From positions 124,001 through 188,000 of the forward strand of contig BQFW01000005.1 of assembly GCA_020891255.1 (NCBI GenBank): a stretch of 64,000 bases of DNA, read 5' to 3'. The notes beneath the pieces are model-generated. The model was not told the DNA's origin, searched no databases, and was given only the letters and a program-made list of their open reading frames with translations. The stretch is from Entomortierella parvispora E1425. Taxonomy: Eukaryota > Fungi > Mortierellomycota. The stretch's first letter is position 1; each line of letters starts with the position of its first letter. The translations under genes and the position numbers were made by a program. This document shows positions 13,500 through 25,098 of the stretch, in pieces.

Positions 13500-13666
13500 G
13501 TGGAGGGAAGGAAAAGGGAGAGAACAAGGGGGATGGCAATCAATGGGATGGATGGATGCATGCCATTAGACAGTCCTGGCGAGAGAGCACAGCGCGTTCT
13601 CACTGTTCGCAACGGAAGGAAGGAGAGGGGGGGACAAACACACAAAGAGACGCATTTCACACACAT

Positions 13667-13722
13667 AGACAGGCAGGCAGACAGGCAGACAGGCAGACAG
13701 GCAGACAGGCAGACAGACAGGC
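13667..13722. repeat. Tandem repeat (CAGACAGG)n in the BST1/LRR divergent intergenic region
   Basis: agacaggcaggcagacaggcagacaggcagacaggcagacaggcagacagacaggc read directly from the sequence. Confidence 0.9.
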
Positions 13723-14147
13723 GTGCGTGCATTTCACACGCGTGCTAGTGGAGGGCGTGAATGAAGACGGGGGGAAAGGGGGGGGGGACCTCTTTTTTTT
13801 CTGTGAGTGCACTGCACACTCGCACTGCACACTCGTCACGTTATCACTTCTGTCTCTTGTCTCTCTGTCTCACTGCATTCCCTCTCCCTTCACGCCATTG
13901 CCACACACACCATTGGAGTGCCCCATGGGGCCCTGTTCGCTGTTTATTCCACACCTTCCTTCCTTCTCTCTGTCTTCTCCGTCCACCCTCTTATTCCACA
14001 CGCACCTTCCTCCCCCTCCTTCCTTCCTCCCACAAGGACACGCTCCTTTTGCTCCTTCCTTCCTTTTCTTGCGTGACCTCCTTGTGAGCACCCACCCGCT
14101 GGCTCAGTCGTTCCTTCCTTCTCACACCTTCACACTTTGTATGTACC

Positions 14148-16860
14148 ATGGCGGCTGCCAGTCCCTCCCGCACGGGTCTTGACCGGGACACGTTGTGCGC
14201 CACCAACCAGCCCGCGTCCGAATCCTCCTCTTCCTCTTCCTCTTCCTCTTCCTCTTCGTCGTCTTCTTCCTCTTCTTCAACACCCACTTCTGCTTTTGCT
14301 CCTACGCCTGCTCCTGCTCCTGCTCCTACTCGACCTTCACTTACTGTTGATCTTCCTCCGCCGGCAGTGGGCACCACTGGGGTCTTCAGGAACCCTGGTC
14401 CCACTTCATCGAGGACTGACAGCAGCAACAGCGCCAACAGTAGCGCCAGCAACAACAGCAGCCTCCTTGACGACGAATGGTTGGCAACCGGCATGGTGAC
14501 TCCGCAGCCAGGCTCGCCGCGCGCTTCCTCTTCTCGCGTTCGTAGCAGGAGCAGCAGCAACGTGGACCAGGACCAGGAGCTTGACTACATCTATCGAACG
14601 CCTCCTCCAAGGGCTCCTTTTACCCATCCACCCTCTCCACCCAAACCTGGACTGGGTCAGTACAGTCCTGTGCGGGACCCCAATCAGCTGAGGCAGTACG
14701 CCACCTACCTTGCCCACAATCCTCTCTGGATCTTTCATAGTGCCCAGCTGTCTGCTGCAGGGAGTCAACGACAGCAGTTTGCATCCTTCTCGGCGCCATA
14801 CAATATGTCTTCAGCCCAGGATGCCCCACCAAGGAAACCCCTGACGTCCATTGCAGGCTCCAGTCGCTGCCTGTGGCCTCCCAACTCAACCTTCTTGACA
14901 ACATCTAATCAGATCAAAGACAAGGCTTCCCAGAATCGGCCTTTGGAATCCCATGAAGGAAACCCAGAAGGTACACTCTCCGCCACCGCAGCCGGTTCGC
15001 ACAAAAACCACAGTCGGTCAGATAGCTTCAAGGACACAGCAGACTCCATGCAGGAGCTCCAGCCGCGTAGAAAGGCTCGAAGAATGATGGATGGGCCCTA
15101 TTTCAAGGAACGGAATCACCTCATGGTGGCCAGTCATGTCCAAAAGCTTATCCAGGAGGCTGTCGAAGATGGTGTAGGCGAACTTGATCTCAGGTATGTG
15201 CTTGCATGCGGGAGCGTCCCAGCAAAGCGGTAAATGATCTTGCAATGACCCCTGCCCATGACTTTGCTAACCTTTTCCCTGTATTACTAACAGCAACCTG
15301 GAACTGAACGACCTTCCGACTGATATTCGGGACCTGAACTACGCTATCGTCTACAACGAGCGAGGATCTTTCTCATTGTCCAAGAACCGTCTCAAGCTGT
15401 TCCTAAGCTCCAATCAGTTTTCAACGGTGCCCATGGATGTATTTGCCTTGCAGAATCTATCGGTCCTGTCTCTTCGTAAGTTGTCTCTGCAGATTATTGG
15501 GGGAGTTTACTGAAAAAGTACAGTCTTGACTAAAGAAAGAAAACACCGCTCTTAGGAAACAACCATATCGAGGCCATTCCCCCAGAGATCGGGCAGTTGC
15601 ACAACCTTGTCGAGCTCTCCCTTGGTGGCAATCTCTTGGTGCGTCCAATTGGTCATTCCTCCAAATGAAGGAGGCAATGTGCATGTATTAGTCGCCCTCA
15701 AAACCCTATCCACCAGATCTGACCTTGTGACCCATTGTTTGCATCCCTTTGTTTCGTTGCAATAGAAACATCTTCCCTCCCAAATAGTTCTCTTGCCCAG
15801 GCTGAAGATCCTCACTGTCCATCCAAATCCATTTCTAAAGCCTGCAGAGATCACCGCAGGAGAGCCAGGAGACGAATCACATGCACCATCCCCGCCAGCC
15901 CCTGTCGTCGAGAATGCCTCCGTGAACCCTCAAACTTTTGCTGGTCACGCCGTTTTGACTGGATTACCTTTGTTGACTTTATTGCCCACAGCAGCTCCAG
16001 AACCTCTTGCGCTACAGGAATCAAGCAGTCAACTTCCACTCCGTTCACCACCAGCCTCTCCACCATCAGGGGTACAAGGCGATGTCGAGATGGAATTAGG
16101 GCTACCCCCACCTACCGAGCAAACAAGCCCATCTGAAGGGCTAAGCTCAGTTTTGGACGCAAACACAGCTACCAATGATGTCATGCATATGGATGCAAAC
16201 CTATCACAGGATACAGACACCTCCAGTGAGAACACGACGTTGATAGAGGAATCTTGGGCATTGCCGCCTCATGAGATCACACGAACACGGTTTCCGTCAT
16301 TGTTAACTCTTGCCGGTAACACCATACTGAATCATATGGAGCAACAACAGAAGCAACAGCAAGAGCAACAGCACAATGATGAAATCCAAGTGCGTCCGAT
16401 GCATGGCAGAGAGGATTCGATTTTGGAACGACCTAGAAAGGATAGCAAGATATCTCTTTCCTCTTTTGAACTCAAGTCAGAAAGAGAAAGCTCTCTTCAG
16501 GATCGGCAACAAGGCAAGGGATATGTGATCACGGAAGAAGCCGTCCAGTCTTACCTAACGCCATTTCTGTATAACCTATTCACTCGAGCCCGTACCAGCC
16601 GCAGGTGCGCTGGCTGCCAAAGGCTGTTCCTAAAGCCCTGTCGCGTTATGATTGTCTGGCAGGAAGTACTGGGGCAGAATCAAATCCCCATACAGTGGAA
16701 GGGATGTGGCATTGGTAAATGTCCAGGGGTCCCATTGAAAATGTGGACTCCACCTCTCACGCCCATGCCGTCCTTGGGGCAATCGGTAGCTGAGTCATCA
16801 CCGACATTCTCCGTATTGGGTCCGCTGGAGACAGATCAGGCGCCAGCAGCTTCCTCATAG
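14148..16860 (+). CDS. Leucine-rich-repeat protein with Ser/Pro-rich N-terminus, BC-box-like motif and C-terminal Cys4 cluster; 4 exons
   Basis: Joins ELDL|SNLELNDLP, VLSL|RNNHIEAIPPEIGQLHNLVELSLGGNLL|KHLPSQIVLLPRLKILTVHPNPF. Later FPSLLTLAGNTIL and RRCAGC...KGCGIGKC. Confidence 0.82.
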
Positions 16861-17004
16861 TGATCTCTTCCACTTTGTTCATCCTTATTTTGCATTTTTG
16901 TATACCAGCAGCATTGATATCCAATATATCCCTTCTATCTCGCTAATAAAGGTGGATTGATCGCCTAACACAAAACCTCATTTTATTTGGGCGTAACTTT
17001 TCAG

Positions 17005-18282
17005 TCAAAGAAGAAGACGTATGTAGACCAGGAAAGCCAGCTGGAAAGAAATGAAGAAAACACACTCTGGCTGCATCAACACGAGCCCAGTGAACAACCC
17101 AGCGATAAAGACAACGACAGATCTCACGAGAATTTTGACGGACACCTTGAATGCGATAATACATAACGCAACGGCTCTGGCAGCCATCATTTGATGAAAA
17201 GACATGAGCATGCAAGCCCCTCGATCCAGTCGCTGCAGCCAAGGGCTGGTCTTTGAATGGTGATGCTGAGCAAATGATAGAGACACACTCTTGATCGCGC
17301 CCGCGCTGCGCAGAGGCTGCCTTCTGGTTTTTGTCAGTACATCGTGGCCATGGTGATGGAATACCTCTGTAGACGATGACGGTTTGAAGTAGATGTTGCT
17401 GTCTCCGTCAAGACTGTTGGAATCTTCAGCTGGAGTTGCTTTCTTGAGCTTATCCAAATGAACTTCTATGTCTTCGAGCAGGTTCTGACGGTCGCACCAC
17501 ATCAACTCAAGGTCCCTGGACAACTGTGTTCCTATCTCCAAATGTTGGGATAGATCCTTTTTCAGCTCCAAGATCTGGGCTTGATTCGCTGTCCACCTCC
17601 CGCAATACGATTCAGTGGCCGCGAGACGTGAAAGGACAATAGACGTTTCTTCGTCTATTCGCTGGATCTGATCGCCAAGCCATAGATTGTTCTCCCACAA
17701 GGCGCGCTTTTGTAATCGGAGCTGAACCACTTCCTGACGCTGATGGAGAATCGATCGAGTGGAGACTTGCCGTTTTATCTCCAAAGCGCCGATGATGTCT
17801 GTTTTGTCCTGGATCTGATTCCGGAGACTGGAGATCTGCGAGAGAGCGGCCCTCTGGTCGGACTGGAGGGTGCAGAGGGTTTTCTCGTTGTCGAGACGCA
17901 TCTGGTCTCTGGAAGAGTCGAGAAAGGCTATGTCTTGTTCCAGCTGCAAGATCTTGCGCTGAAGGCGGCCATCGGGAAGAGTTGCTCGATGCGGTACCTC
18001 TGAGCCTGGTCCTTCAGATTTGGTCGAGCAAAGGAAGGTGTTGCTGGAGGAAGGAGTTTCTTCGGAGTTGGAGCAGATCATCCCGCCGATAGTTGTTTCC
18101 GAAGAGAATGTGGTCATGGTCTTGATGGAAGATGATGGATTGGCCTTTGACAAGAAAGGGAGAACAGTGGAAGAGCTGATCTCCCTTTCTTGTCCTAGGG
18201 TCATGTGACTGGCTTTCAGCAGGACGCGCTTCGTGTTTGTGTTGAGACTTGCCTGAGAGTGAACATCGCTCTTCAGCATCAT
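17005..18282 (-). CDS. Hypothetical 425-aa coiled-coil protein with C-terminal hydrophobic (TM) segments
   Basis: Intronless ORF with a heptad-rich core (LQRKILQLEQDIAFLD...) and a hydrophobic C-terminus ending FFISFQLAFLVYIRLLL. Confidence 0.65.
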   Translation of the reverse strand: MMLKSDVHSQASLNTNTKRVLLKASHMTLGQEREISSSTVLPFLSKANPSSSIKTMTTFSSETTIGGMICSNSEETPSSSNTFLCSTKSEGPGSEVPHRATLPDGRLQRKILQLEQDIAFLDSSRDQMRLDNEKTLCTLQSDQRAALSQISSLRNQIQDKTDIIGALEIKRQVSTRSILHQRQEVVQLRLQKRALWENNLWLGDQIQRIDEETSIVLSRLAATESYCGRWTANQAQILELKKDLSQHLEIGTQLSRDLELMWCDRQNLLEDIEVHLDKLKKATPAEDSNSLDGDSNIYFKPSSSTEVFHHHGHDVLTKTRRQPLRSAGAIKSVSLSFAQHHHSKTSPWLQRLDRGACMLMSFHQMMAARAVALCIIAFKVSVKILVRSVVVFIAGLFTGLVLMQPECVFFISFQLAFLVYIRLLL

Positions 18283-18370
18283 CCATCCAGTCCTCTCTTC
18301 AGCCCATCATTGCCTTGGCCGCTTACTTCCACTCTCCCATCTCTCCCACCCTCCGCATACTATTCCGCAA

Positions 18371-19772
18371 ATGGTTGCCGCCAATCAACAAAAGAATCTG
18401 CATAGGTCCTCCTGGTATGACCCCCATTCTTCATGTCTAAACTGCTCCGCTCAGGGCCCACATCGCATTGTCCTGAAACAATTCTCATGTGCCAAACGAA
18501 TCTGTAATCATTGCAACCTGAATAGCCAAGCATGAGAATCCTATCTCCATGCTTTTACCAAACCCAAGTTCAGGTATGTAGTTTAGGACCGAGTTTTCTT
18601 CTTTCTTTTTTCTTGAATTCTAACATCACTATCCTTTTCAGGACTGCCATCAAGATACACCATTCAGGACGGGAAGCTCTTTGAAATGCAAATGATCGAC
18701 TCGGAGGGTCTTCGATCTTGGTTTGTGGGCAACACAATTCAATCCGGTAAAGCGCTGCATCATCTTCCTCAGTAAACTGTGTTCACAACATGTTATTTTA
18801 AGCTAACTCGGGTTTTTGCTCTACCTGAAAATGTTGAACAATAGATGGATCGCTGTTTCTCATTACGCCAATCGACCCAGTTTTCATGTTTATTCCAATC
18901 TTGGACATTGTGCGTAAAAAGACAAAAGAGTCAGAGGGTCGATTCATGACAGTGGAAGGCATCTTTGAAAGTGATCAGTACTCATCGTTGAGACGGCTAA
19001 CGGATCTGGCCAAGGTGCAAACCTATCTGGAATTGGTGTGCGAGGTGCGGAATGCCTCTTCTACCGACAAGACATTTCGACTGGAGGATGAAAAGACGAT
19101 GGCATGGCTCAGGAAGAAGGTTGAGATTCTTATTAGTCAATTTGCGTCTATCCCTGTCCTTGTGGATTCCATCGCCTACACAGAATCTCTCCCCGAGAAC
19201 ATTAGAAAGGGCAAGTGAAAGCTTGATGCTCTTCCTTCATTGAGTATTTTGATACAGATGATACAGACAGCCTAACTCGAACATCGACCTGTATTCTTTA
19301 GAGGCCATCATGCAATCAGCGCTGCGTCTTGTCACATCCTACTTGTCCGATCACTGGGCCACGACACTGTCCGCAGAATATAGGCAAGTTCAGTGGTGTC
19401 TGAACAAGGGGAGGCTTTGAAGCTGCTTACAGCATCGTGTTACTAACGTTTCATTTTCTCAATTGGAAATCAAACAGCTTCCCAGAATTGGAAAAGTTGG
19501 AGAGCAGGACTCAACTGCCATCTGTCGCAGACTTTGGGAAACGAGCTGGTATGGAGTTTGAAGAGGACGGGAAGCCTGTCAAGGATACCAAGGTAATTTT
19601 TTAATTTTTGTTTCTCTCGACCCGGGAAACATTGCTACGAAGACTTGTAGTTCTGATCTTTTTTTCTTTGTATCATGTTTAGAAACCCAAACTGTCGGTC
19701 GGTCAACGCAAGCTGGCCAAAGCCAGCACAGCAGGCATGAAGCCCTTGTCAAGCTTCTTTGCCAAGAAATAA
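18371..19772 (+). CDS. RNH202: Ribonuclease H2 subunit B, multi-exon; apparent 1-nt frameshift in exon 1 and two GC-AG introns
   Basis: LLPNPSS|GLPSRY...SWFVGNTIQS|DGSLFLITPIDPVFMFIPIL and C-terminal KLSVGQRKLAKASTAGMKPLSSFFAKK* (PIP-box type). Confidence 0.9.
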
Positions 19773-20151
19773 ACCAGCTGCAATATATCATTTTAAGTCG
19801 ATATACCCCATCTTTACAGCAGAGAACAAAGGGCCAAGGGCGAATATTCCCCCCGGAGTTGGCGGACAAAATCATTTCAAAGAAAAAAAGAAGAACGAGA
19901 GCAATTGCAAGTATCTGCCATGCAGTTATTTTTCAGGAACCGTTCGTAAAAGAAAACTAAATCAGGCCATCCCGAGGTCCGCCGGTGCTGCAGCAGCATG
20001 CCCTTCCTCGGGGTTTCTTGTTCAATTGAAGGCGTGCATCTTTTTTATTTACAAGTACCATTTCTCGTATAGATAATGATGTTTTTCTGTTTGTTGTTGC
20101 CGGATTTTCAGGATTCCACTCCCCTTGCCCGACTTTGTCCCTATCTAGACC

Positions 20152-20406
20152 TTAGACGTTCTTCTCCTCAAGAGCCTCGCGAGCAGCCTTTCTGGCAAGA
20201 CGCTCCTGCTTCAGACGTTCGATCTCGTACATCAGTTCCTGTTTTTCGATACCGGTGCGAGTGTTGACCTTCTCCTGTGCAGGCCAGAAGTTTGATCCTC
20301 GGACATGCTTGTCGTAGAATTCGGGAGCGCCAAAGTAGACCATGAACATGACGGGAGTGAAGATGTAGACTCCGAACTTGAAAACCTCGAGCTTTGGGCC
20401 AGCCAT
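20152..20406 (-). CDS. PET100: Cytochrome c oxidase assembly factor Pet100
   Basis: MAGPKLEVFKFGVYIFTPVMFMVYFG...NFWP...EIERLKQER matches the Pet100 family pattern; 84 aa. Confidence 0.9.
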   Translation of the reverse strand: MAGPKLEVFKFGVYIFTPVMFMVYFGAPEFYDKHVRGSNFWPAQEKVNTRTGIEKQELMYEIERLKQERLARKAAREALEEKNV

Positions 20407-20678
20407 GATTGAATTGATCCTGTGTGTGAGTGGGAGAATAGATGGGAATGGATGAATGAATGAAAGAGAGGACAGCAAACCGAACGCTCGGACACCCTCA
20501 AGACAGAGACAAAGGGACCAAGGAACCAGAACAAACAGTCACTCAATTTCAGCCTTCTTTGACGTGGCATGCACATCTCTCATTCACTCCTTCAGACCTC
20601 TCCTCTCGTCCATCTCTCGTTCATCTGTCCTCTCTCTGCCCTCATCCCGCCTCATCCCATCCCACCAGCACTCTCACC

Positions 20679-23258
20679 ATGGCACAGGCTCCCCGGGATC
20701 CCTCCCTGCGAGAGCAGCAGATTGGTACCGTCCACCACATCTCTCTGTTTCCTGCCTTGCACTGTCGGCCCTTTGTCTGCCTGACCTTTCAACTCACCCC
20801 TCATCTCTTCATTCTATAGCCGCCATTGCCGCAATGCTCAACCTCAACCAAAAGCCAGAGCCTTCATCACAGGCGGACCAGGTCATTCCCATGGCTTCCG
20901 ACGCAGAATGGAAGGTGCTGATCTTTGACAACTTTGGGCGCGATGTCATCTCGTCTGTTCTTCGCGTCAATGACCTTCGCGAGAACGGCGTCACTGTTCA
21001 CATGTAAGGCGAATGCCAAGGACAATGTCTCCAAAAAAGATGAGCCAAGGTTGCCAGCATAGATAACCGACCTCTCTCTGACCCACTTCCCGTTTCTCTT
21101 GATGCATAGGCCTCTCAAAAACGATCGACAGCCTATTCCCGATGTGCCAGCTATTTACTTTGTGGAGCCAACATCCGAAAACATTCGCAGGATCAGCGAG
21201 GTTGGTTGAACTACACGTTGAACAGGGATACGGGTCTTTGATGTACTGCAACTAACATGTCATATTTTGTGCTCCCGCGTCCGTTCTCCCGTCTAGGATT
21301 TGTCCAACCATTTGTACGACTCTTACTACATCAACTTTTCTTCAGTAATACCCAGACCGCTCATGGAAGAGCTCGCAGCGTCGACAATCCCCAGTGGAAG
21401 TTCGGCACAGATCCAGCAGGTCTATGATCAGTACCTCAACTTCACATGCTCGGAACCCAACATGTTCTCCTTGAACGACCGTCAGTCTTACCTGGCCCTG
21501 AACGACCCAACAGCACCGGAGACAGCCATTGAAGCCTCCATTGACAAGGCTGCCAGCTCATTGTTCTCAGTTTTGGCTACCATGGGTAAGGATATGCTCG
21601 GTCAATGTAGCAGGACAAAATAGGCGGTTCCTTTGCTCAACGATCTAACAGAACGCGTTTTGCATTCTTAGGTGTCATCCCTATTATCCGCTGCCCCAGA
21701 CGAGGAGCAGCCGAGATGTTGGCCAAGAAGCTGGACAGTCGCTTGCGGGACCATGTGATGAACAGCAGGAACAACCTCTTCTCGGATGCCAACACTATGA
21801 ACTACCAGCGCCCTGTGCTTGTGATCTTGGATCGTAACATGGATCTAGTGCCCATCCTCAGTCATTCTTGGACTTATCAAGCTCTTGTACACGATGTCAT
21901 GGACATGAAGTTGAACGAGATTGTTGTTCAGGTAAAAAAAAAAAATGTGGATCGGGGATCTAGCAATACGCTCAGATTTCCTTCCAGGATCCCAGGAGCT
22001 CAAGTTATTAACTATATTTCTGCTATACCCTACACTACTAGACGGAAGAGAATGGCCGCCAGGTCAAGAAAAAGTATGACATCGAGGCAAAGGATTTCTT
22101 CTGGAACAAGAACGCATCTGCTCCTTTCCCCCAGGTTGCGGAAGAGATCGACAGCGAGCTCACAAAGTACAAGAAAGATGCAGCAGTGATCTCCCAGATG
22201 AGTGGTGTCAGTAACTTGGACGACGTTAGTCAGCTGTAAGTAAAAGGAAACACATCTGCTGTATATACAAGGGCACTGCTAACATGCCTGCACTGTGTGA
22301 CATGTTTATTAGTGACTTTTCTTCTGGCGCCAAGCATCTCAAGACGGCCATTACCGCCTTGCCAGAATTGACGGCTCGAAAGGCAACATTGGATATGCAC
22401 ATGAACATTGCTACAGGATTGCTGCAAGGAATCAAGGATAGACAACTGGATACTCTCTTCCAGATGGAGGAGTCAATCACCAAGCAAAACAAGGCCAACA
22501 TCCTGGAAGCGATCAATGACCCAGAGAAGAAGGTCCCAGATGACAAGATGCGTCTGTTCTTGATCTACTACCTCTCAGTTCAAGAGGATATCCCCAGCGA
22601 TGTGATGCAGGAGTACGAAGATGCTTTGGTCAAGGCTGGATGTGACCTTGCGCCTTTGCGGTATGTCAAGGGTATTCGTGCATTCACCCGTATGACCAAC
22701 ATGACGCAGCAGCCACCCCAGAGCTTTGGTCGCCCCGACTTTTTGCTGAACCGCCTTAATAAGGTATTGTGAAGTTTGTACTCGGGCATTGACACTTTAA
22801 TGATAGCTTGTCTTCGTCTTCATAATCCACTCACGCGATGTGTCGACTCTTTCGTTTAGCTTTCTGATCACCTTGGGTCAGGAGGATTGGGAGGAGGGTT
22901 TGAGAACTTGTTGTCGGGAGTTAAGAACTTTTTACCAACCAAGAAGGATCTGCCTATGACACGAATTATCGAGTCGATCATGGAGCCCAGTGGAGGTGCT
23001 AATGAGACGAACGAGGACTTTTTGTACTTTGACCCCAAGGTCAGTCGGGCGTCCAATGCAAAGATGCCACGGACGAGGACACCTTTCCAGGAGGCGATTG
23101 TGTTCGTGGTGGGAGGAGGCAACTACGTGGAGTACCAGAACTTGAACGAGTACGCGCAACGGCAGACGATCAAGAAGAAGATCACGTATGGCTCTACAGA
23201 GGTGCTGAACCCCAAGGAGTTTTTGCAGCAATTGGCCGCTTTGGGCAAGGAGCAGTAG
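20679..23258 (+). CDS. SLY1: Sec1/Munc18-family protein Sly1, multi-exon
   Basis: [15 protein letters not shown]|[74 protein letters not shown]. All junctions in phase. Confidence 0.96.
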
Positions 23259-23584
23259 ATGTCAACAATGGAAGGAAAGAACGAACCGTGACGACTCGAC
23301 CAGACAGATGGATGAGTAAAGAAAGAACGGCAAGCGAAATAAATAAAATGCACGAACGAACAAAAGAAACAAAGAAAAAGACCTAAAACGAAGCAAAAAA
23401 CTGCGGACAGGCGGAAGGCCATGTTCGCAGCAAAGCTGAACTACTGCGAAAAAAGAAAAAAAATTTAATTTTTCTGGCCCTGTGGGGGCGTGCCAGCCAG
23501 GTGGTTCTTGAGGATTCTGATCATCTCTTTCATTTTCTTTTGTATCCTTTACATCACATCCATCCACACTCACTCACATTCACA

Positions 23585-24649
23585 ATGGCCGGAGGAAAAT
23601 TTAAGAAGCCCCAGCGCGGAGGTGGCAGAACCTTCAGTCGTCGCATCGAAGCCGTCCACACCAACGGTGCCAGTGCTGTAATTGTCCCACCCTTGCTCAT
23701 TTCTCCCTCTCCATCAGCTCAGTTTTAAGCGTATGTCGCTCTTTTTTAACCCTGTCTAACCCTCGTCCTCCTTATTTTGACTCTGTCGCCACTCTCCACT
23801 CTGGTCCTTGTCTGCTACCTTTGGAACTTGCTCATAGTACCGCGATAGAGAGGAATCCGAGGACTCTTCTGCCGAGTCTTCAGAAGCCTCGAGCTCGGGA
23901 TCCGAGTCCGAGTCTGAGGAGGAGGTTGTTGTAAGTTTTGCGATCGAAGATGGATGAATACGTATCTCGTACCAATGTTGGAACAAGAACGGCAGGAGAC
24001 TGATGTGTAGCTATTCCTTTTAACTTACTTCAATGGCACTATAGACCAAGAAGGCTCCCGCTGCTGCTGTTCCCGGCGTCGATATCGCCAACCCTAACCG
24101 CGCTGCCGGCAACCGTATCATGAAGGCGTCCGATCTCACCACACCCATTGAGATGTCGCGCAAGGAGAGGTACGACCCTGCAGTCCATAGCCACCTCATT
24201 CTTGTTCAACTGCCTCAGATGGCATCCAGTCTCCAAGCTTGATAACTGGAAGCAACCCTTGACAGGATGAAAACCATTGAGACCCTAGGAAACTAACAGT
24301 ATATCGTCATTCCCCTTTGTTCTTGACCATTATAGAGAGGCTGCCGAGAAGGAGGCTGCCAAGCAGAAGTACTGGAAGTTGCACCAGGAGGGCAAGACTG
24401 ATCAGGCCAAGGCCGATATGGCCCGTTTGGCTATCATCCGTCAGAAGCGTGAGGAGGCTGCCGCTCAGCGTTTGGCTGAGGCACAAGGTAAACTTCTCTG
24501 ATATTTTTTCTGTTTTTTTACTGCGGGCTTTAATCTAAGGAGCTAACAATGTTGCCATTTTTCTTTTCCATTTTTTTTAACTTGCGTGTTCGCCATTCAT
24601 AGCCAGAGATGAGGCTGCTGCTGCCAAGGCTGCTTCCCGTCAGCGTTAA
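23585..24649 (+). CDS. PDAP1: PDGFA-associated protein 1 / PP28 family, multi-exon
   Basis: [19 protein letters not shown], an acidic tract, then IANPNR, EMSRKER|[42 protein letters not shown]. The first intron boundaries are uncertain. Confidence 0.9.
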
Positions 24650-25098
24650 GAGGAGAAGGAGATGGTTTTTTCTGTTATCAGAGAAGGAAGTGAAGAAATT
24701 GAAAGATGAAAAAAAAAAGGGGAGGATGGGTCTGCCTGAAAGATCTTTGTATCTGTCTACGTGGACCCTCTTTCCCGTGATTTCATTATGATTATATAAA
24801 GATCCTTTTTTTTACAAAGATCTCTTCTACTGTTCATAAGCATCGCTATCTCAAGGCCCGTGTATTGAAGGGCGCCTTCATACTCCCTCTTTGAACTTCA
24901 TGTTCTCTGTGCTTGAGCGGTTCGAAAGGCAAAGGCCGCGGAATTTGGAGCCGTCACAGCTTGTTTACGTTTTGATTCGTGGCGTTGTCCTTTTTTTCTT
25001 TTTTTTTTCTTTGCATGCAACTCAAGGCACACACGGTTAGCACCTTGCTCTGCTTTGTCCATTGAACCATCCACAAACATATAGAAGCCAATCGACAA

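Noticed and set aside
23542-23550. Canonical U12-type donor-like GTATCCTTT upstream of PDAP1
   Set aside because: It lies only 35 nt before the conserved ATG, with no branch site or acceptor in between.
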